Shown here in pieces: positions 37,774 to 47,777 of a DNA stretch of 64,000 bases. Where the stretch lies: positions 128,001 through 192,000 of the forward strand of contig JBGANV010000007.1 in the NCBI GenBank assembly GCA_044222185.1, written 5' to 3'. The notes under the pieces were generated by a model that saw only the letters and a list, made by a program, of their open reading frames with translations, was not told the origin of the DNA and searched no databases. Position numbers and translations under genes: made by a program. The DNA comes from Planctomycetota bacterium (lineage in GTDB: Bacteria > Planctomycetota > GCA-002687715 > CAIWVZ01). Position 1 is the stretch's first letter. Every line of letters starts with the position of its first letter.

Positions 37774-40122
37774 CTACACAGGAGCCGCAGGATTTCGCGC
37801 GGACCCCGGGGGAGGCGCTGGCGGCGGGAAAATCCGCGGTGCGAAGCGGTGATAGGCCCAGGCGCCGGTCATCAGCACGAGTCCGAGCGCGATGAACGAG
37901 ATGATTCGCGCCAAGCGGTCCAGATGAGAGAGGTCGCTGAGGACGACCTTGGTCGAGGTCACGGCGAGTAGCAACAGTGCCGAGAGGCGTAGCTTGCTGT
38001 GCCGAAGGAAGATGCCGAGCGCGAGCAGTCCCGCGGCGTATGCCGTCCACGTCACCGAGATGGCGGCGGAACCGGCCGAAACTGTCGAGGGTCCGGGGGC
38101 GGCGCGCATCTCGAAGTATCGCCACGCTTCGACGGATAGGGCCACGAGGGGCAGGAACAGGCCGAGCCCCCCGACGAGGCGGGAGCTCGTCGCAGCCATG
38201 GGAATGGCCGCCCGGCGGAGCAGTACCGACATGCCGATCAGGCCGAAGGGGACCGCGAGCGCGCCGAGGCATGCCGGATTGAGTAGGAACAGTTGGGAAG
38301 GCGCTTGCAGGCGATCCAGAAGCAGCAGGAAGCCGAGCGTCGCGAGCGTGGCGTGCAAGAACGAGAGCACCAGGAGCGTCGTTCTGCGAGATTCACGCGC
38401 GGCGTTGGCGAACCCGACTGCGATGCCTGCGATCGACGTGGAACGTGCCACGAGTCCGAGCGTCGTGCGGCGGAGCGGATCCACGACACCGGACGTGACG
38501 AGGAGGGTCAACTCGCCGCTCACGACGATGCCGCCGAGGACGCCGGCCGCGGTGAGGCCCATCCATCGCAGCCGGCGGTCGCCGATCATCGCGGCGGCCA
38601 CGAGGTAGACGACCACCGCTGCGGCGGCCGCGAAGTCCGAGTTGAGGAACGCGCGGATGTCGACTGCCGGGCCATCGCCATGAAGGTGGAACGCGATCAC
38701 GCGTCCGCTGGCGAGCGCAAACCCGACGGCGGATGCGCTGCGCCACGCGATCGAGTCTCGCGTCCTGGCGGCGGCGATCAGGGCGAGCGCCGTGAGCGCG
38801 ATCGCCTGGGTCGTGCCGATCATGCCGAAGGGGCAGGCTGCGGCCGCGAGGAGGAGCCCCGCAGCGCACGCACGCACGACCTCCCGGCCTGCGGAGTCCG
38901 CGGCACATCGACGCTCCGCCCATTCGGCGAACGCGGCGTGGATGCCGGCGACGATCACAAGCATGCCACCAAGCATCACGGCGTGGTCGGCGCCGAGGTG
39001 CGCCCATCCCACGAGCGCGACGGCCGCGGCAGCCGTGGAGACGGCGGCTCGGAAGAGACGAGACGTCCGCTCGCCGCGCAGCAGATGCGGCAGCCCGAGT
39101 CCGCAGAGGAACAGCACGTCGAAACCGATCATCCACGCCGGAAGGGGAATCGATCCCATCGTGCGCGAGCTGCCGTCGATCACCACGATGAAGATGCCCG
39201 TCACGATTGCGGCGACGGCCTTCGGGGTCGTCCATCGCTTCAGACCCGCAGCGATGAGCACGCCCGCATTCACGACGAAGAGGTCCAGAAGGGCGAGGTT
39301 CGGGTCGGCTTGCAGGTCCGAGACGACGATGGGCGTCAAGTAGGCGCCGATCTGCGCCAGGAGGAGGAGGGGCATCGCCGACCATCGGTAGGCGACGATG
39401 ACGGTCGCCGTCGTGACCGCCGTCATCGCGAAGAATGCGAGAGGTGCGTTCACGATGTCGTAGACGCGGTGTGCGACGAACGCGTCGAGGAGGAGGAGGC
39501 TCGATCCGCAACCGACGAATCCTTGTGCCAGGGCGGCGTAGCCCCGGCGGTTGAACCGGATGCCGAGCCCGAAGACGAGGATTCCTCCGATCGCGCCCGA
39601 GATCGTTCGCTGAGTCTCGGAGACCCAGCCCTGCTGGACGGCGTGGACGTACAGCAACGCCACGCCGACGATGAGCACCAGCGCGCCCACACGCACGAGC
39701 CAGCGCTGGCCGATGGCGCTCTCGAGTCCCGCTTCGTCGTGACGTCGCACGCGGGGGGCGGGTCGTGCGATCGCGCCGCCGGCGGGGATCGGACCCGCTG
39801 CCGGTGGAGATACCTCGCGGACCGCGATCCGGGGAGCGGGTACGACGGACTCGGGTGCCGCTGCCACCGCCGCGTGCGCCACGGGTTGGGCCGGGAGTTC
39901 CGCAAAGAGCGGCGTCACCGGCGGCGCCTCTTCTCGCGGCTTGCGGAGGGCGTCGGCGGCGACGGCGGACTCCGGCCTCACGGCGGCGGCGAGGTGGCTT
40001 CGCAGCCAGCTCACGTCTTCACGGAGTCTCTGCATCTCGCGGTGGATCCATCCGACGCGGAACGACGTCACGAGGACGACGCCGAAGAAGGACACGGTGA
40101 CGAGGACGATGAACTCGAGCAT
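37774..40122 (-). CDS. DUF2339-like polytopic membrane protein
   Basis: LESAIGQRWLVRVGALVLIVG, many TM helices, KVVLSDLSHLDRLARIISFIALG. Confidence 0.88.
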   Translation of the reverse strand: MLEFIVLVTVSFFGVVLVTSFRVGWIHREMQRLREDVSWLRSHLAAAVRPESAVAADALRKPREEAPPVTPLFAELPAQPVAHAAVAAAPESVVPAPRIAVREVSPPAAGPIPAGGAIARPAPRVRRHDEAGLESAIGQRWLVRVGALVLIVGVALLYVHAVQQGWVSETQRTISGAIGGILVFGLGIRFNRRGYAALAQGFVGCGSSLLLLDAFVAHRVYDIVNAPLAFFAMTAVTTATVIVAYRWSAMPLLLLAQIGAYLTPIVVSDLQADPNLALLDLFVVNAGVLIAAGLKRWTTPKAVAAIVTGIFIVVIDGSSRTMGSIPLPAWMIGFDVLFLCGLGLPHLLRGERTSRLFRAAVSTAAAAVALVGWAHLGADHAVMLGGMLVIVAGIHAAFAEWAERRCAADSAGREVVRACAAGLLLAAAACPFGMIGTTQAIALTALALIAAARTRDSIAWRSASAVGFALASGRVIAFHLHGDGPAVDIRAFLNSDFAAAAAVVVYLVAAAMIGDRRLRWMGLTAAGVLGGIVVSGELTLLVTSGVVDPLRRTTLGLVARSTSIAGIAVGFANAARESRRTTLLVLSFLHATLATLGFLLLLDRLQAPSQLFLLNPACLGALAVPFGLIGMSVLLRRAAIPMAATSSRLVGGLGLFLPLVALSVEAWRYFEMRAAPGPSTVSAGSAAISVTWTAYAAGLLALGIFLRHSKLRLSALLLLAVTSTKVVLSDLSHLDRLARIISFIALGLVLMTGAWAYHRFAPRIFPPPAPPPGSARNPAAPV

Positions 40123-40232
40123 GGCCGAACCTCCGGGCGACGGGGGTCACCCGCCGGATGTGCCGCCATTTTCGGCGCCGCGGTCACTTCCACCATGTGA
40201 GTCCTCAAGATCGCTGCGATAAGCTGCGCTTC

Positions 40233-41117
40233 ATGATGCAAGCCATTCAGATCGCCCGGCTCGAGGGCTTCTTCCACGTGGCGCGAACGGGCGGTTACGC
40301 GAAGGCCGCGCGGGCCTTTCCCTACCCGATCACCCAACCGGCGGTGCACCAGCAGGTTCGAAAGCTCGAGGGTGAATTGGGAGTGAAACTCTTCCAGCGC
40401 ACGGCGCGGGATCGCATGGAGCTCACGCCCGCGGGGCGGGCGCTGCACGCGTGCGTGGCGCCCTTCATGGAGTCCCTGCCGGACGTCGTGCGATCCGTTC
40501 GCGACGGCACGTTCGGCGGAAGGCTCACGATCCACGCCGCGAGCCTCGTGATCCGCCGCCTCCTTCCCGGGTGGTTCCAGCGACTGAAGCTCGCGCGCCC
40601 CGACATCGCCGTCGACCTGCACGAGGCGGAGGAGCCTGCGCTTTCGCTGCTTCGCTCGGGAGGCACGGACATCGTGGTGGACTTCGTCCCGCAGGTGCCG
40701 TCCGACGTGACCGTCACGCGTGTGGCCACCACGTTCGGATTCGCCGTCGCGCCCGCGGGGCATCCGGTGGCGGCTCGTCGCCGCTGGAGACTCGAGGACC
40801 TTCGCGGCGAGACCTTCATTTCCTACTCGCGCGCCCTCGCCCCGCACGAGCTCCAGATGAGCGTGCTGCGTGAGCATGGGATCGTACCCCCGCGCGTGAT
40901 CTCGCTGGGCTCGGCCGAGTCGATCCTGGGATTCGTCGAGGCGGGGCTCGGTTGGTCGCTCGTTCCCTGGCTCGATCCCAAGGGACCGTCGAGCCCGCAC
41001 ATCACGACGTGTCCGCTGCGCGGCGCGCGGAGTCGGTTCCCCGTCCACGCGGCGTTCCGCCGACACGACGCGAACAATCCGTTGATCGTCGCCGCGCTCG
41101 CCGCCGCGCGGCCGTGA
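40233..41117 (+). CDS. LysR family transcriptional regulator
   Basis: GGYAKAA...ITQPAVHQQVRKLEGELGVKLFQR, LTPAG, VEAGLGWSLVP. Confidence 0.93.
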   Translation: MMQAIQIARLEGFFHVARTGGYAKAARAFPYPITQPAVHQQVRKLEGELGVKLFQRTARDRMELTPAGRALHACVAPFMESLPDVVRSVRDGTFGGRLTIHAASLVIRRLLPGWFQRLKLARPDIAVDLHEAEEPALSLLRSGGTDIVVDFVPQVPSDVTVTRVATTFGFAVAPAGHPVAARRRWRLEDLRGETFISYSRALAPHELQMSVLREHGIVPPRVISLGSAESILGFVEAGLGWSLVPWLDPKGPSSPHITTCPLRGARSRFPVHAAFRRHDANNPLIVAALAAARP

Positions 41118-41119
41118 CG

Positions 41120-43738
41120 TCAGGCCCGCACGAGGTGGGTGCCGACGAGTGCGTCGTGCGGCCCCCGGGCCGGCCGGCGGATGCACCACGCGTAGCCGGC
41201 GACGTAGACGGCGAGGTAGAGCCCGAAGGCCGCGAAGCCGGGCCACTCCGCGTCCACGAGCGGCATCGCCGCGACGCCGGCCAGGGGAATCAGCCCTGGC
41301 GACAAGGCCGTCAGTGAACGCAGCGTGCAGAGCCAGCGGCCAGCCGGGCGGCCGTCGGCGCGCGCGACGCGCAGTCCGGAGAGGGTGAGGCTCAGGCCTC
41401 CGCGGAGGATGAGGGCGAGGAGGATGCGAGGGACCTGGATGATCCCCAGGACCGCCGCGATGACCGTCCACATCTCGTCTTTGGTCGGCGCATCGGCCGC
41501 CCCGGTCGTGACTTCCGTGATCATGACGGGGAACAGGGTCGAGACGATTGCGGCGGTCATGCCCAGCCCTGGAAGCGTCTGCACGATCCGGCGACGCCGA
41601 GAGATCGCCGTGGGGACGTCGATGCACGGAGCGAGTGCCGCGCGGGCCTCCGCCGGGGTTGGAAACGGCGGCGCCCAGCCGAGGAGACGCTCGACGACGG
41701 GCCAGGCCCGCGCCGGCATGTCGTCAGGGAGCACGGGGCGACCGCGCCCGGGCCGCGTCAGGATGGCGGCGGCGGCGAGGGCGACGCTCCTCATGGAGTC
41801 GCTGCCCGGATCCGGGACGACGCCGGCCGCCCGGACCGAGAACTCGAGGATGCGAAGTCGACCAGAACGATCGACCCACAAGCGGTCCTTGGACACGGGA
41901 CCCACTCGCTCGACCTCCTCGAGCAGGGTTTCTATGAGCGGCGCGACGAGCGGCCAGGACGGAGCGCGCGCCGCCTCCCATTCCGCGAGGCTCGCCCCGC
42001 CCACCGACTCGTACACGTCGAACGTCGTTCCGTCGACCACCGTCTCGATGAGGCGGATGGCGTTCTTCGATGGCGGTTGAGATTCACGGCGGGGCATCGC
42101 GGGGGCGGTTCCCCGGGCGAGGATCCACACGCTGCGATCGAGCCTGGGATCGCGGCCGAGCCAGAGCGGGCCGTCTTCCGTCGACGTGATCCAACCCGTG
42201 ACGTCGTAATTCCCCACGCGGATCGGCTGTGAATCCTGCCGGGAGCGCTCCGGATCCAGCGTGTCGCGCACGATCCTCCGCGGGGCCGTGGAAGGCACCT
42301 CGACCACGCGCGAGCGTGAGGCCAGCTCATGCAGGCCGCGCCAACCGTTGCGACGCCGCATGGACAGGCACAGGACGATCGAGAGCGGGGCGGTGAGTTG
42401 GATGTTCCGGTTGGTCGCCCGTCGCACGGCGATGGGGACCCAGTAGATCGCCGCGACGATCACGAGCGTCCGCAGGAGGACTTGCTTGCGGGACGGTGGC
42501 CGGCCTTCCAGGTCGACCACTCGCAGGCCGAGCACGCGCTTGCCGAGGGTGGTTCCGAAACGGCCTTCGAGCAGCGTGAAGTACAGGAAGCCGACGATCG
42601 AGATGCCGACCTGTGTGCGCGTCGGGCCGTCGAGTGCGACGGGAATCGCCTTGACGTTGTTGCCGAGGATGTAAGCCACGGCGACGACCGCGCCCGTCAC
42701 CGCTCCGGCGATCAGCGTGATGGCAATCCAATCGGCGCAATAGGCTGCGAACCGGCGGATCCGCCCGCCAGGCTCGAGCAGTGCCGGGGCGAACGTCGCC
42801 AGCGCGTGACGGAGCGCGTTCGCGTCCGCAAATCGCCTCGTCGGGTCTTTCTCGAGCGTGCGGAGGATCACCCGTTCGAGGCCCCTCGGAACATCCCGCC
42901 GCAGCGAGCGGGGTGCCGGCGGCGCCTCCGTGGTGATCTGGGCGACGACATCGCCCAGCGTCGACCCCTGAAACGGCGCGCGGCCCGTCAACACGGCGAA
43001 GAGGGTCGCGCCAAGCGAGTAGATGTCGCTGCGCTGGTCGACGGTGCGCCCACGGATCTGCTCGGGCGACGCGTAGAACGGAGTGCCGATGAACGCTCCG
43101 CTCTGGGTGAGTCCCAGGTCGGCGGTGAGCGTGCGCGAGAGCCCGAAGTCTCCCACCTTCACGTGATCGTCGGACGTCAGGAAGCAGTTCGACGGCTTGA
43201 TGTCGCGATGGACGATTCCGACGGAGTGCGCCGCGGCGAGGCCGTCGCAGGCCTCGATCACCCAGCGGACGGCGGTGTCGATGGAGACCGGTTTGCCCGC
43301 CTTGATCACGTCGTCCAGGCTGCGGCCGCTCATCAGCTCCATTGCGATCGCGCTCTGTCCGCCGAGCTGATGGGCGCCGAACACGAACACGCAGTTGGGG
43401 TGAGAGATGGACGCCGCGAGCCTGGCCTCGCGCTCGAATCGCTCACGGGCTTCCTCGCTGACGCCGAGACGCTGCGCGACGACCTTCAGTGCGACCCGGC
43501 GCCCGTGCGCGACCTCCTCAGCTTCGTAAACCACGCCCATGCCACCGCGACCGAGTTCGCGGACGAGGCGAAATGCGCCAGTGTCGGAAGGCAGCGGTCC
43601 GCCCATGGACGAAGCGGGGCCCATCCCGTCCGTGATGGACAGCCCGTGAAGTGAGAACCCGGACTGCGCCGCGCCGAGCGTGGCGCCGCTTTGCGTCGGT
43701 GAATCGGGCTTCGTCTGGTCTGGGCGCGCGTCGCTCAT
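41120..43738 (-). CDS. Hanks-type Ser/Thr kinase with RDD domains
   Basis: LGRGGMGVVY, VALK, HRDIKPSN, DFGL, SPEQ, DIYSLG; RRFAAYCADW...GTTLGKRVLGLRVV...RGLHE. Confidence 0.92.
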   Translation of the reverse strand: MSDARPDQTKPDSPTQSGATLGAAQSGFSLHGLSITDGMGPASSMGGPLPSDTGAFRLVRELGRGGMGVVYEAEEVAHGRRVALKVVAQRLGVSEEARERFEREARLAASISHPNCVFVFGAHQLGGQSAIAMELMSGRSLDDVIKAGKPVSIDTAVRWVIEACDGLAAAHSVGIVHRDIKPSNCFLTSDDHVKVGDFGLSRTLTADLGLTQSGAFIGTPFYASPEQIRGRTVDQRSDIYSLGATLFAVLTGRAPFQGSTLGDVVAQITTEAPPAPRSLRRDVPRGLERVILRTLEKDPTRRFADANALRHALATFAPALLEPGGRIRRFAAYCADWIAITLIAGAVTGAVVAVAYILGNNVKAIPVALDGPTRTQVGISIVGFLYFTLLEGRFGTTLGKRVLGLRVVDLEGRPPSRKQVLLRTLVIVAAIYWVPIAVRRATNRNIQLTAPLSIVLCLSMRRRNGWRGLHELASRSRVVEVPSTAPRRIVRDTLDPERSRQDSQPIRVGNYDVTGWITSTEDGPLWLGRDPRLDRSVWILARGTAPAMPRRESQPPSKNAIRLIETVVDGTTFDVYESVGGASLAEWEAARAPSWPLVAPLIETLLEEVERVGPVSKDRLWVDRSGRLRILEFSVRAAGVVPDPGSDSMRSVALAAAAILTRPGRGRPVLPDDMPARAWPVVERLLGWAPPFPTPAEARAALAPCIDVPTAISRRRRIVQTLPGLGMTAAIVSTLFPVMITEVTTGAADAPTKDEMWTVIAAVLGIIQVPRILLALILRGGLSLTLSGLRVARADGRPAGRWLCTLRSLTALSPGLIPLAGVAAMPLVDAEWPGFAAFGLYLAVYVAGYAWCIRRPARGPHDALVGTHLVRA

Positions 43739-43851
43739 GGGGCCCGTCGGCGTGCGACGGAGGGGCCCATCATAGTCGGTCGCGCGGCCCATGGGACGGC
43801 GGCCCGTCACCCGTTCCCGGACTTCGGGGAGCCACGTAGCATCTCGACCAC

Positions 43852-46800
43852 ATGCGAGGTCAGTCCATGCAACGCGATGCCGTCGCCCGTATCGTTTCCG
43901 TCCTACTCATCGCCGTGGCCGTGTGCAGCGGGCAGCAGGGCAGTCGCCCGGCTCGCGCCGAAGAGCGCGCCGCTCCACCGCCGCCGAAGGATTGGGCGAC
44001 GCCCGAGGAGGCGCTCCTCAAGAACGTCCGCCAGGTGACCTTCGTCGGCGAGCGCAGCGGGGAGTCCTACTTCTCGCCGGACATGAGCATGGTCTCCTAC
44101 CAGTCCGTCCGCGGGACGTGCCCTCACTACCAGATCTTCGTCGAGCGCCTGGACGGAACGGCGCTCTGGCGCGTGTCTCCGGGAGTGGGCCTCACGACCT
44201 GTTCGTTCTGGCGACCGGACGGCAAACGACTCATCTGGGCGTCGACGCACCTCGATCCGGCGACCTATGGACCTCCGCCCGCGGAGGGCGGTGCCTACGC
44301 GTGGAATCGCCATCCATCGTTCGACATCTTCGAGTCCGATCCCGACGGCACGAACGTCAAGCGCCTGACGGATACGGCGGGGTACGACGCCGAGGGGTCC
44401 TACTCGTTCGACGGCAAGCGCATCGTCTTCGCCTCGGAACGTGACGGGGACGTCGACATCTACACCATGGCGTCGGACGGCAGCGACGTGCGCCGCGTGA
44501 CGACGACCAAGGGATATGACGGCGGGCCGTTCTACTCGCCCGATGCGAAGCAGATCTGCTATCGCGGCTTCCGCAATCCCAAGAACCCGCGCTTTGCGAA
44601 CCTCTACGTCATCGACGCGGACGGCAAGAACGAGAAACAACTCACGTTCGACGACACGGTGAACTGGGCACCCTACTGGCACCCGAAGGGCGACCTGCTC
44701 GTCTACTCGAAGGGCGTAGGCGGCCACCGCAACTTCGAGCTCTACCTCGTGAAACCGACCGGCGGCCCGAGCTTCCGCCTCACGCGCAGCCCGGCCGCGG
44801 ACGTCCTGCCGGTCTTCTCTCCCGACGGGAAGAAGCTGATCTGGACGTCGACCCGCGCGGACGGTCGATCGCAGCTCTTCATCGCTGACTTCGTCCTGCC
44901 GACGGAGGAGGAATGGAAGAAGGGCTGCGCCGAGGAGGAGGATCGCCAGGCGAAGGAGCGCGAGGCCGCGTCGCAGGGCGGTGGCGTCGAGCACGGCGCG
45001 CCGGCCAAGCCCACGGGTGCTCCCGGCAGCGGAGGGGGTGGCGACGCGCAGTCGGATGCTGGTGGCGACGGCAAGGCGCTTGCGACGGCCGTGCTCGCCC
45101 ACGCCAAGTACCTTGCGGACGACGCCCTCGAGGGTCGTCGTGCGGGGACGGAGGGCGCCGCGAAGGCCGCCGACTACGTGGAGAAGGCGTTCCGCGGACT
45201 GAACCTGGCACCGGCCGGTGAGAAGGGCACGTTCCGCCAGCCGTTCAACCTGCTCGTCGACACTCAGCCCGGGAAGGTGAACGAGCTGACGGTCGGCACC
45301 CGCGATCGCGCCTTCGTCGCGCCATCCTTCGGGCCGCTGGCGTTCTCCGGCGCCAAGGACGCGGAGTCGGCGACGGCGAACGGAGCGTTGGCATTCCGGG
45401 GCTACGGCGTGTCGATGGCGGGGGCCTACGACGATTACGCAGGCCTCGCCGACGTCGCCGGAAAGATCGTCGTTCTGTTCCTGCGCGGCCTGCCGGACGA
45501 AGCGATCCAGCAGAAGTCCAACCCCCACGCCAATCCGCAGGCGTTCCAATCCACGTACGCCAAGGCCATGTTCGCCAAGGGGCGCGGCGCGGCGGGCGTT
45601 CTGTTCGTGGCGGACTCCAAGCAGCGATCAGGCGCGCTCGAGCCGCTCGTGGGAGACATCAGCGGATCGCACATCGGAATCCCCGTCGCACAGATCACGC
45701 GGGACGCGCTGAAGGTGCTCCTGGAGCCCTACAAGAAGACGCTCGAGGATCTCGAGAAGCCGTCGTCGGAGGCCAAGGGCAGCGGCTTCGATCTGGACGT
45801 CACCGCACAGATGACGACGTCGGTGCGCGAGATCCGCGGAACGACGGACAACGTCCTCGGCTTGCTGAAGGGTGCGACGAAGCCGGACGAGATCGTGGTC
45901 GTGAGCGCGCACTACGATCACCTGGGCTACGGCGGGCAGGGGAGTCTGAGCGACGCCGCGGGCCCGCAGATCCACAACGGCGCCGACGACAACGCCTCGG
46001 GAACTGCGGGACTGATCGAGATCGCCCGCCGCCTGGCGGCGAATCCGCCCGCTCGATCCATCCTCTTCGTGGGGTGGAGCGGTGAGGAGGAAGGCCTCCT
46101 GGGCTCGGAGCATTGGATGGCGGCCCCCACCGTCGACCTCGCCCGGGTCGTCGCGAACGTGAACCTCGACATGATCGGGCGCCTGGGTGCGGATGGTGTG
46201 GCGCTGGACGGCGTCGGCAGTGGCGAAGGATTTTCCCAGCTCGTGGACGAGGCGAACGCGGCCACGGGCCTCAAGCTGTCGAAGACCGCCGGCAGCATGA
46301 GCGGCCGCTCGGATCACGCGGCGTTCATCCAGAAGGGCATTCCCGCACTGCACCTCTTCACCGGCGCGCACGCCGATTACCACAAACCGTCCGATGACTG
46401 GGATCGCCTGAACGCCGACGGGATGGCGACGGTCAGCCGGTACGCCACGACGCTCACGCGGATGATCGCCGACCGCGAGGGGAAGATCGCCTACGTCAAA
46501 CCGAAGACCCCGGAAAAGACGATGTCTGGCGGCGGATACGGCGCGTCTCTCGGAACCATCCCTTCGTACGGCGAAGACTCGGGCGGCGTGAGGCTGTCCG
46601 GCGTGCGGGCCGGCGGCCCGGCCGAGAAGGCGGGCATGAAGGGCGGCGACGTCCTGATCCGCCTCGGCGCGTTCCCCATCGACAACATCCAGGATTTCAC
46701 GGCCGCACTCGCCCAGTGCCGACCAGGCCAGGAGGTCGAGGTCGTCGTGAAGCGCGACGGCCAGGACGTGAAGCTGAAGGTCACCCTGGGTCGGATGTAG
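43852..46800 (+). CDS. Secreted TolB/PD40 beta-propeller + PA + M28 peptidase + PDZ fusion
   Basis: GESYFSPD, YDAEGSYS, YDGGPFYSPD; LEGRRAGT; SAHYDHLG, GADDNASG, SGEEEGLLGS, NLDMIGR, SDH, YHKPSD; C-terminal PDZ. Confidence 0.92.
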   Translation: MRGQSMQRDAVARIVSVLLIAVAVCSGQQGSRPARAEERAAPPPPKDWATPEEALLKNVRQVTFVGERSGESYFSPDMSMVSYQSVRGTCPHYQIFVERLDGTALWRVSPGVGLTTCSFWRPDGKRLIWASTHLDPATYGPPPAEGGAYAWNRHPSFDIFESDPDGTNVKRLTDTAGYDAEGSYSFDGKRIVFASERDGDVDIYTMASDGSDVRRVTTTKGYDGGPFYSPDAKQICYRGFRNPKNPRFANLYVIDADGKNEKQLTFDDTVNWAPYWHPKGDLLVYSKGVGGHRNFELYLVKPTGGPSFRLTRSPAADVLPVFSPDGKKLIWTSTRADGRSQLFIADFVLPTEEEWKKGCAEEEDRQAKEREAASQGGGVEHGAPAKPTGAPGSGGGGDAQSDAGGDGKALATAVLAHAKYLADDALEGRRAGTEGAAKAADYVEKAFRGLNLAPAGEKGTFRQPFNLLVDTQPGKVNELTVGTRDRAFVAPSFGPLAFSGAKDAESATANGALAFRGYGVSMAGAYDDYAGLADVAGKIVVLFLRGLPDEAIQQKSNPHANPQAFQSTYAKAMFAKGRGAAGVLFVADSKQRSGALEPLVGDISGSHIGIPVAQITRDALKVLLEPYKKTLEDLEKPSSEAKGSGFDLDVTAQMTTSVREIRGTTDNVLGLLKGATKPDEIVVVSAHYDHLGYGGQGSLSDAAGPQIHNGADDNASGTAGLIEIARRLAANPPARSILFVGWSGEEEGLLGSEHWMAAPTVDLARVVANVNLDMIGRLGADGVALDGVGSGEGFSQLVDEANAATGLKLSKTAGSMSGRSDHAAFIQKGIPALHLFTGAHADYHKPSDDWDRLNADGMATVSRYATTLTRMIADREGKIAYVKPKTPEKTMSGGGYGASLGTIPSYGEDSGGVRLSGVRAGGPAEKAGMKGGDVLIRLGAFPIDNIQDFTAALAQCRPGQEVEVVVKRDGQDVKLKVTLGRM

Positions 46801-46874
46801 ATGGCGACGTCCGCCGCGCAGCGGTTCACATGGATGCGCCCGCCGGTTACTCTGGCGGACGAAAGGTTCGTGAC

Positions 46875-47642
46875 GTGAGCGCGCGCTTTGCCCTCATCTC
46901 CGACATCCACAGCAACGTCGAGGCGTTGACGGCCGTCTTCGCCGACATCGACACGCGGGGGATTCCCGTCGTCTACTGTCTGGGCGACGTGATCGGCTAT
47001 GGCCCCGAGCCCGAGCCGACGTGCGACATGGTGCGCGAGCGCTGCGCCGAGACGATCCGCGGCAACCACGACGACGCGCTCTTCAACGATGCTCGCCGTT
47101 TCAATCCGCTGGCGCGCGACGCCTTGCGGTTCACGCGAGAGCGGCTGAAGCCGGGGTTTCTGAGCGGTCGCGCCGTCACGGCGCGATGGGAGTGGCTCCG
47201 AAATCTCAAACGCCATTTCCGCGACGGTGACGCGCTCTTCGTGCACGGGTCGCCGAACGATCCGGTGAACGAGTACGTCTACCAGGAGGACGTGTTCTTC
47301 AACGCGGACAACAAGCTCCGGCCCATCTTCGAGGCGACGGACCACGTCACATTCTGCGGACACACGCACCTGCCGGTGATCATCTCCTCCGAGCTGAAGA
47401 CGTTCGTTCCGAAGGCGGACGACCTGGAGTTCCGGCTGAAGTCCGACGTGAAGTACATCGTCAACATCGGCTCCGTGGGGCAGCCGCGCGACCGGGACAA
47501 CCGGGCCTGCTACGTCGAGGTGGACGGCGACGTCATCCGGTACCACCGGATCCCCTACAACATCGCGGCGACACAGGCCAAGATCCGCGCCATCCCCATG
47601 CTGAACGAACTGCTCGCCCGACGTCTGGAAGAAGGGGTCTGA
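46875..47642 (+). CDS. Calcineurin-like metallophosphoesterase
   Basis: ISDIHSN, LGDVIGYG, RGNHD, VHGSP, GHTH, NIGSVGQPRD. Confidence 0.93.
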   Translation: MSARFALISDIHSNVEALTAVFADIDTRGIPVVYCLGDVIGYGPEPEPTCDMVRERCAETIRGNHDDALFNDARRFNPLARDALRFTRERLKPGFLSGRAVTARWEWLRNLKRHFRDGDALFVHGSPNDPVNEYVYQEDVFFNADNKLRPIFEATDHVTFCGHTHLPVIISSELKTFVPKADDLEFRLKSDVKYIVNIGSVGQPRDRDNRACYVEVDGDVIRYHRIPYNIAATQAKIRAIPMLNELLARRLEEGV

Positions 47643-47712
47643 CGAGCGGATCCGCACGCGCGGGGGCGGTGCCGTGGCCGGCACGCTCCGCATCGCAGGC
47701 GGATGTGATGCA

Positions 47713-47744
47713 CTTGCCGTGGCAAGGGGTTTGCTTCGTATGAT
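47713..47744 (+). promoter_or_regulatory. Candidate sigma54 (-24/-12) promoter overlapped by a palindrome and a TATGAT box
   Basis: TGGCAA-GGGGT-TTGCT at 47720-47735 (GG-N10-GC); CTTGCC-GT-GGCAAG at 47713-47726; TATGAT at 47739-47744. Confidence 0.45.
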
Positions 47745-47777
47745 GTCGACCCCTGGCGTGCGAATCGGGCTTCATCC

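Noticed and set aside
40219-40234. LysR T-N11-A autoregulatory box
   Set aside because: ATAAG..CTTCAT is suggestive but the spacing does not fit exactly; too weak to call.
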